DNA of 34,439 nucleotides from a virus. Lineage: Duplodnaviria > Caudoviricetes. The notes beneath the pieces were generated by a model. That model made no database searches. It was given only the letters and a program-made list of their open reading frames with translations, and was not told the origin of the DNA. How positions within the stretch are numbered: position 1 is the stretch's first letter; each line of letters begins with the position of its first letter. Of the stretch, positions 29,060 through 34,439 are shown in pieces. Location of the stretch: positions 1 to 34,439 of the IMG/VR virus record IMGVR_UViG_3300032143_000007; one strand, written 5' to 3'. Position numbers and translations under genes: made by a program.

Positions 29060-29626
29060 TTATTTATTCTCTAAAGTCCAAAAGTCAAATTTGAAGGTAA
29101 CGCTATATTTTACTGCTTCACCACCATCAAATGACATAGCCACATCATCAACATTTTCAGGAAAAGCATTAACAAACTTGATTTTTTTATCAAGTAATTC
29201 ACCATTATATTTATACATAAGCAAATAAACATCTTGTGTCAAAAGTCTTTTTGTAGAACCAAGAATATGATCAGCTTGTGATACTCCTGCTGTTACCGAT
29301 CCAGGAACAACATCAAACATTTTTTGTTGCCACTCATATAATGTCTTTCTTATAATTTGATCTTCTGTTTCTTCAAATGTAACTGACATTGTATTTCCAA
29401 AAGTAGGTTTACCAGGAAAAAATTGTTTCATCCCTAAAAAATTACTTTCTATACTTTCAGTTCCTCTACTTGGAATAACCGCACTTTTACAACGTACAAT
29501 TAATGGCTCTTCAGTCTTTATAGTTGTAGAAACTTTTCCAATATTAGGAATTACTAATTCCCATAACCACGATCTTTGGATATCTGGAAGTGCTTTCATT
29601 CTTCCTTCGATTGTCATATCAGCCAT
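29060..29626 (-). CDS. gp19: Tail tube protein (T4 gp19-like)
   Basis: RCKSAVIPSR, F.G....FPGK.TF, VTFEE, Y.WQ, F.NAFP, YSVTFKFDFW; AAGGAG RBS. Confidence 0.85.
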   Translation of the reverse strand: MADMTIEGRMKALPDIQRSWLWELVIPNIGKVSTTIKTEEPLIVRCKSAVIPSRGTESIESNFLGMKQFFPGKPTFGNTMSVTFEETEDQIIRKTLYEWQQKMFDVVPGSVTAGVSQADHILGSTKRLLTQDVYLLMYKYNGELLDKKIKFVNAFPENVDDVAMSFDGGEAVKYSVTFKFDFWTLENK

Positions 29627-29640
29627 AATATTTCTCCTTA

Positions 29641-31098
29641 TTAAATTTCTAAAGAATATTTAATTTGCCCAGAATCATAAATTCTATAAATTTCTCTATC
29701 TAACATAATTTTATGTTCTGTTTTGTTTAAATCAAATCCTTCCTTAATTAATACATCTTTTCTATATTTAAATCTATTCTCTCTCATATCATTATTTATA
29801 TAATAATAATTCGGTTTAGTTATATATTCCTTTTTAAATCTTAATTTATCATAAATTGTATTATCATTATTCATCGTCCAACTTCTATCTGCATAACTAA
29901 TTATCTTTGTAGTCTTATATGTATTTATAAAATATTTAAATAATTTACTTGCACCACCAATAACATTTGTACCTTTCTTATTACAAAACCTTAATAATTC
30001 ATATTCACCTTCTTTACTACAGCTTCCCAAATTTTTTCTTAACTTTCCAAATGTCATTAAAGAAACTAAATCGTCTTTATAATAAAGACCTATTCTATAT
30101 TTATTTACACAATTACCTTGTATATGATTGCTCTCTAAAAATTCTTCTGAATCCTTATAAGATACTTCCAAAAGACTAGTCTTTCTACCATATATACTTT
30201 CTGATTTTCCTAACAAATTTAATATTCTCGATTTTATTATTTCTTGCTTATATATCCAATCATCTTCATATATATGAATCAAATGAATATCTTGTTGTTC
30301 ACTAAGACTAGTCTTAGTCAAATGATAATCACTGTGTTTATTTAATTCATTGTGCCAATATAAGCCATTAAATTCAAATGCTAATTTTAATTCTGGTAAA
30401 TATATATCAATTTCATATGGATTAATTATTTTCTTACTATTCTCTATAATCTCTCCATTATAATTCTCTTTAATATATTTAACTACAGATTTTTCTTCAT
30501 TAGATAAAATAGAATAATTAATAGGTCTACAACATGTACATATAATATTATCATTTTTACTTCTTAAATAAAAATTTTCAAAAGTAATATCAAATAAATT
30601 ATTACAATTTAAACATTTAAATTTATAAATATCTTTATCACACGACAACAATTCTAATTTTAAATTATTTTTTTGTATATGTTTATTTAATCTATTTAAT
30701 CTATTTTCATTATTTGTTTTTTTAACTTGATCGTTAAAAAATTTAGCTTGAGAAATGTATTCTACTCCATATTTTTTTAAATTATTATTTTTTGCTTTTT
30801 CTTTAACAATTAAACTTTGTGAAGAAACTTTTACACCATAATTTTTTAAATTTTTTTGAATTGTTTTTTCTTTTTTTTCTAAACTATTATTAGAACACTT
30901 TCCAGAACAAAATTTAAAATATCCTAAAATTGAATTTTTAAATGTAGTTTCTTTACCACAATAACAAATTCCTTCATGTTCTTTTCTAAAAAAAAGATCA
31001 TAATATTCTTTAGTAGTTTTATTATGATCTTTATTTAAATGTCTAAAAAAATTAAATTTACTATAATTAATTTCTTTATTACATATTTTACAAAACAT
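29641..31098 (-). CDS. Hef-like free-standing homing endonuclease (Zn-binding motifs, KYGV repeats, Vsr/PD-(D/E)xK-like nuclease, extra C-terminal domain)
   Basis: CKIC..H...H, CYCG..FCS.KC, KNYGV/KKYGVE, EIDIYLPELKLAFEFNGLYWH, LIHIYEDDW; inserted between sheath and tube genes. Confidence 0.8.
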   Translation of the reverse strand: MFCKICNKEINYSKFNFFRHLNKDHNKTTKEYYDLFFRKEHEGICYCGKETTFKNSILGYFKFCSGKCSNNSLEKKEKTIQKNLKNYGVKVSSQSLIVKEKAKNNNLKKYGVEYISQAKFFNDQVKKTNNENRLNRLNKHIQKNNLKLELLSCDKDIYKFKCLNCNNLFDITFENFYLRSKNDNIICTCCRPINYSILSNEEKSVVKYIKENYNGEIIENSKKIINPYEIDIYLPELKLAFEFNGLYWHNELNKHSDYHLTKTSLSEQQDIHLIHIYEDDWIYKQEIIKSRILNLLGKSESIYGRKTSLLEVSYKDSEEFLESNHIQGNCVNKYRIGLYYKDDLVSLMTFGKLRKNLGSCSKEGEYELLRFCNKKGTNVIGGASKLFKYFINTYKTTKIISYADRSWTMNNDNTIYDKLRFKKEYITKPNYYYINNDMRENRFKYRKDVLIKEGFDLNKTEHKIMLDREIYRIYDSGQIKYSLEI

Positions 31099-31099
31099 A

Positions 31100-31193
31100 T
31101 TACCTCCTTATTAGGTATTTATTTAAAAGGAGTAATCCTTACTCAATAAGGTTTCAGGAAAAGGGAGCTACCCTCTGTCCTCCTTTATTTAAA
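31100..31193 (-). promoter_or_regulatory. Structured leader of the Hef-like gene with anti-SD elements and a late-promoter-like AATAAATA
   Basis: Outer stem AAAGGAG/CTCCTTT encloses two hairpins; AATAAATA at 31123-31116; SD AGGAGG at 31108-31103. Confidence 0.55.
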
Positions 31194-31212
31194 TATAATA
31201 TATTCTATTCTA

Positions 31213-33084
31213 TTACGCTACAGGTATTCTTACCTCACTAAAAGAAATTCCTGTACGAGTAATGACGGTTGTTAATTGGATGAATTCGGCAGTTTTTACC
31301 GGCTGGACATACAAATCTACATTCAATTGATTACTATCAATTACATTTGCCGTGTTATTTGTTTCATCACACACCACTGTATAATCATAAAGTCCACCTC
31401 CTGCTTTTACAGAAGATAAAAAATTATCTACTAATGCGAATATTCTCAATCTTGTTTTATAAGTATTATTTTCAAATACAAATGACAATAAAGACCTCTC
31501 CACATTATTTTCAATGTAAAGAAGATTTCTTCTTACATTTATTCTATCAAGAGCAGATTTTTTAAGTTGTGCTGTTTTTTGACCCCACATCACATTTCCA
31601 ACTCCATTAATGAATCTTGGCATATTAATATTTCTATCATAAAGTTTACCTATATCATCAAAACTAAAAACAACTTTTTGATCTAATACAGCCATTGTAG
31701 CTCTATCAATACCGGCTGGTGCGCTCCAAGGATCAGCAATATTATCACATCTTGCCATTAATGATGCACCAAAAATTGAGTTAGGAAGATATACATTTCT
31801 ATCATTATATTTGTCATATACCTTAGAATATCCACCATACAATGCAACATAAGAAGGTGCTTGATAACCATACTTTTCTATATCTAAAATAGTAGTTACT
31901 GTTGTATCATCTAATTCTCCCGCTTGAACTACAGCTATACAATCCATTCTTTTTGCTACTATTCTAGCAACTTCTTGTTTATAAAGTGTGGCATAACTTG
32001 TTCCAATAAGAATACTAACATTTACATATTCTCTATTTTCAAATAAACTCCATCCAGTAATATCATTAATACCAGTTTGATTTGCCTTAATAGCACCTCC
32101 TGCTAATTGTCCTAATTTAGAATATTGTACATAATCACTAGTCGTATCTGATAAAACTGGCAAACTTGTAGTTAAAGCCGTTGGTGTAAATCTATTTCCT
32201 GTTAATCCATTTTTAATATAAATATGTTGTGAATTTCCATTAACTACTTCTTCAATAAATAATTGGTTTTTATTTCCATCTTGAAGATGTAAAAGTGAAC
32301 CATAAAATGTTTCAATTGGATTTATTCTAAGTTTAGAATTAGCTCTATCAGCAGAACAATTATAAAGGTCTACCCAATTAAGATCAGATGGTTTTTCATA
32401 AACATTCATTTTAAAAACTTTACTTGCAATTGGATAATATTTATCTTGATCAGTAGTACCCATTTGCGTTGCTGCAATATTTCCTGCACATCCTGACATT
32501 TGAGCAGTTGTTGCACTTACTACGGATGGATATTCATCATAATTATATTTCCAATCGGCTGAACTACTAAAAGGTTCAATAGTAACCGCCAAACTATTTC
32601 CATCTGTAGAAGGATATACAGCCCCAATATAAAAACTAGTACTATTAAAACCACTATCTAAAATACTAATTCTATTTGGACTATCTGGAATAGTAGCTCT
32701 ATTTCCTGTAATTCCTGTACCTGGAGTAGAAGCTAAAGCGACTGTAGTATATGCTATACTTGCATATTTATCACCACTTTCATCAAAATCTCTTACAACA
32801 TAAAGTGTTGAAGATTCTTTTAAAAATTCAAGGGCGGCATATGATCCATATCCATATTCAGGAATATATTTTCCGTTTGTTGTAGTATTATCTTTACCTG
32901 AAAGATAATAAGGTTCACCAAAAGTTTCGATAAATTCTTTATCATTTGTAACTAGAACAGGTCTATTAACTGGTCCTTTTCTAGCTCTTATAACTATACC
33001 ACCATCAGAAACTCCTGCTGGAACAAGAATATCTGATAAATCTATTTCTCTTCTATATACTCCTGGAGTTTTAAATACTCTCAT
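31213..33084 (-). CDS. gp18: Contractile tail sheath protein (T4 gp18-like)
   Basis: TPGVYRREIDLS, KGPVNRPVLVT, FGEP, PWSAPAG..R, WGQKT, SALDRINVRR, VCDETNN, PVKTAEFI. Confidence 0.95.
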   Translation of the reverse strand: MRVFKTPGVYRREIDLSDILVPAGVSDGGIVIRARKGPVNRPVLVTNDKEFIETFGEPYYLSGKDNTTTNGKYIPEYGYGSYAALEFLKESSTLYVVRDFDESGDKYASIAYTTVALASTPGTGITGNRATIPDSPNRISILDSGFNSTSFYIGAVYPSTDGNSLAVTIEPFSSSADWKYNYDEYPSVVSATTAQMSGCAGNIAATQMGTTDQDKYYPIASKVFKMNVYEKPSDLNWVDLYNCSADRANSKLRINPIETFYGSLLHLQDGNKNQLFIEEVVNGNSQHIYIKNGLTGNRFTPTALTTSLPVLSDTTSDYVQYSKLGQLAGGAIKANQTGINDITGWSLFENREYVNVSILIGTSYATLYKQEVARIVAKRMDCIAVVQAGELDDTTVTTILDIEKYGYQAPSYVALYGGYSKVYDKYNDRNVYLPNSIFGASLMARCDNIADPWSAPAGIDRATMAVLDQKVVFSFDDIGKLYDRNINMPRFINGVGNVMWGQKTAQLKKSALDRINVRRNLLYIENNVERSLLSFVFENNTYKTRLRIFALVDNFLSSVKAGGGLYDYTVVCDETNNTANVIDSNQLNVDLYVQPVKTAEFIQLTTVITRTGISFSEVRIPVA

Positions 33085-33120
33085 GTTTATCCTCCTAATT
33101 TAATATTTTACCACTATAAG

Positions 33121-33161
33121 TATTTATAATAGTCTTTCTTATATTTATATAAGTATTTATA
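33121..33161 (-). promoter_or_regulatory. Three TATAAATA late promoter boxes upstream of the sheath gene
   Basis: TATTTATA on + at 33121, 33142 and 33154 in a 100-nt spacer. Confidence 0.65.
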
Positions 33162-33184
33162 AAAATATAAGGATATAATTAATT

Positions 33185-34318
33185 CTAGTCATCTATAACT
33201 ATTGCAGGAGGTTCTTGATTATCATCTTCATCATCATTTTGACCATTATCAAGTCTATATTTTTCATCTATTTGTGAGGATAAATAAGTAGAGTTGCCAT
33301 CATAAAATTCAGTTGTTAGAAAATATAAAGCCCATAATAAACCTGTTATAGTATCATCATGAACATCTCTTCCACAAGAAAATATACTAGGTCTAATTTC
33401 TTCATATCTAGCTAATTCATATAAAGTTCTACTATCATATATTTTAAGCCAGCCTTTTTCTGCATAATCTTTTAATAATAAATTAGCTTCTAATTTTGTT
33501 TTTCTAGTACTTCTAATACCTAAACCATTATAAATTTTTTTATGTTTACCATCAATAATTTCTAATTTTGAATCACAACTTAATAAATTTTCATTTTCAA
33601 ATTCATACCAAATTGTATTACATACAGCTTCTCCAACTTCATTATTTTCTACCATCATATATGAATCGAAATAATATTGTGATATTGAAATTACTACTTG
33701 AGCAAAATCATGCGGGCTTATTAAATTATTTCTATAAACAGCTACTTGTTCTATATTATGAGAATTATTAATTTTAAGAACTTGAATTACAGAATAATCT
33801 TTACCTGTTCCTTTAGCCGAATCTACTCCTAAAATATATTGTTTTCCTTTAATTGGTTGTTCATATATACTAAAAACTCCCGTCCATTTTGTTGCAATGG
33901 GTTCTTTAATTTGACACATTTCAAGAACATCTGAATCAATAAGAGTAGAAGCTGTTCCCAAAAATTTACAATTAACATTTCTTATATTATTTGCATAATA
34001 TGAATGATCTGATGATTCAACTTCTAATAAAGTATAAACATATTCTTTCTTATTTTTAAATTTTATTTTTATAATTTTTTTTAAACCATTTTTTGTATCT
34101 AAACAATCTCCTTCAATTAAATTTTTTGCATATTCTTCTATACCATTTATATTAAACAAATGATTAGGATTTACTTCGATAAAATTTTTATCTTCTAAAA
34201 TAAATTTCATAATTGGTTGTTTTACTAGAACTTTTCCTATTCCTGCAAATTTCTTAAATCCTTCAGGAGTTTCAATTTTCAACCCTTCAATTAATCTAGT
34301 CTGTGTTTTTATTTTCAT
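33185..34318 (-). CDS. terL: Terminase large subunit, C-terminal part (nuclease domain), preceded by a split-intein C-fragment
   Basis: Extein begins CKFLGTASTLI; YILGVDSAKGTGKDYS, VENN..G and HDD match the T4 gp17-type nuclease domain. Confidence 0.9.
   Translation of the reverse strand: MKIKTQTRLIEGLKIETPEGFKKFAGIGKVLVKQPIMKFILEDKNFIEVNPNHLFNINGIEEYAKNLIEGDCLDTKNGLKKIIKIKFKNKKEYVYTLLEVESSDHSYYANNIRNVNCKFLGTASTLIDSDVLEMCQIKEPIATKWTGVFSIYEQPIKGKQYILGVDSAKGTGKDYSVIQVLKINNSHNIEQVAVYRNNLISPHDFAQVVISISQYYFDSYMMVENNEVGEAVCNTIWYEFENENLLSCDSKLEIIDGKHKKIYNGLGIRSTRKTKLEANLLLKDYAEKGWLKIYDSRTLYELARYEEIRPSIFSCGRDVHDDTITGLLWALYFLTTEFYDGNSTYLSSQIDEKYRLDNGQNDDEDDNQEPPAIVIDD
33971..34318 (-). mobile_element. 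Atypically split intein, 116-aa C-fragment
   Basis: KIETPEGFKKFAGI, block-B-like NPNHLF, AKNL..GD.L, block F/G VYTLLEV...HSYYANNIRNVN|C; the block A nucleophile is absent. Confidence 0.85.
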
Positions 34319-34439
34319 TTAATTTTTCCAATTTTTTTAATAAATTCTTTTTCAATTAATCGACTTTTATAAGAATTTGTTTTTCTAGCACATATACATA
34401 AATTTTTATATGATCCTATTTTTTTAGGATCAATATTAT
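34315..34439 (-). CDS. 3' end of a probable HNH homing endonuclease (partial)
   Basis: Manual translation NIDPKKIGSYKNLCICARKTNSYKSRLIEKEFIKKIGKIK*, with an NL.......N..K HNH-type tail; its TGA overlaps the terL ATG (ATGA). Confidence 0.6.
   Translation of the reverse strand, partial: NIDPKKIGSYKNLCICARKTNSYKSRLIEKEFIKKIGKIK

Noticed and set aside
31121-31193. Hammerhead ribozyme or tRNA
   Set aside because: Has CTGAAA but not the CUGANGA plus GAAA core arrangement; no cloverleaf or T-loop.
16286-33084. Extracellular contractile injection system or tailocin rather than phage
   Set aside because: Adjacent terminase, regA, homing endonucleases and T4-like 17-18-19 gene order indicate a phage genome.
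3065-33771. Other short plus-strand or nested ORFs (3065, 4864, 12095, 14985, 21534, 22358, 26770, 29967, 31347, 33568)
   Set aside because: All lie within or across well-supported minus-strand genes and have no recognisable motifs.
1-34439. Stop-codon reassignment, CRISPR array, tRNA or rRNA genes
   Set aside because: Standard code gives dense full-length genes ending in TAA, TGA and TAG; spacers are short and show no repeat-spacer arrays or RNA gene signatures.

Overview
AT-rich (roughly 25% GC by eye) segment of a large T4-like myovirus genome; all credible genes are on the minus strand. In transcription order: 3' end of an HNH endonuclease; C-terminal part of a fractured terminase large subunit that starts with an atypically split intein C-fragment; tail sheath; Hef-like endonuclease; tail tube; tube initiator; gp26/gp51-like pair with signs of a programmed frameshift; tape-measure-like protein with an M15 peptidase; gp48-, gp53-, gp27-, gp5-, gp25- and gp6-like baseplate genes; four large appendage genes built from beta-propeller, beta-helix-like and PKD modules, with a DXD glycosyltransferase among them; gp3-like tail terminator; GIY-YIG/NUMOD3 endonuclease; regA; an unannotated acidic microprotein; and an AT-hook/acidic protein. 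The best candidate for an undescribed system is the glycosyltransferase: the three virion genes around it are strongly enriched in a Ser-Ala dipeptide (about 19-20 each by hand count), which suggests phage-encoded O-glycosylation of virion appendages at an xSA site. All family calls come from motif recognition by eye and gene order; no database searches were run.
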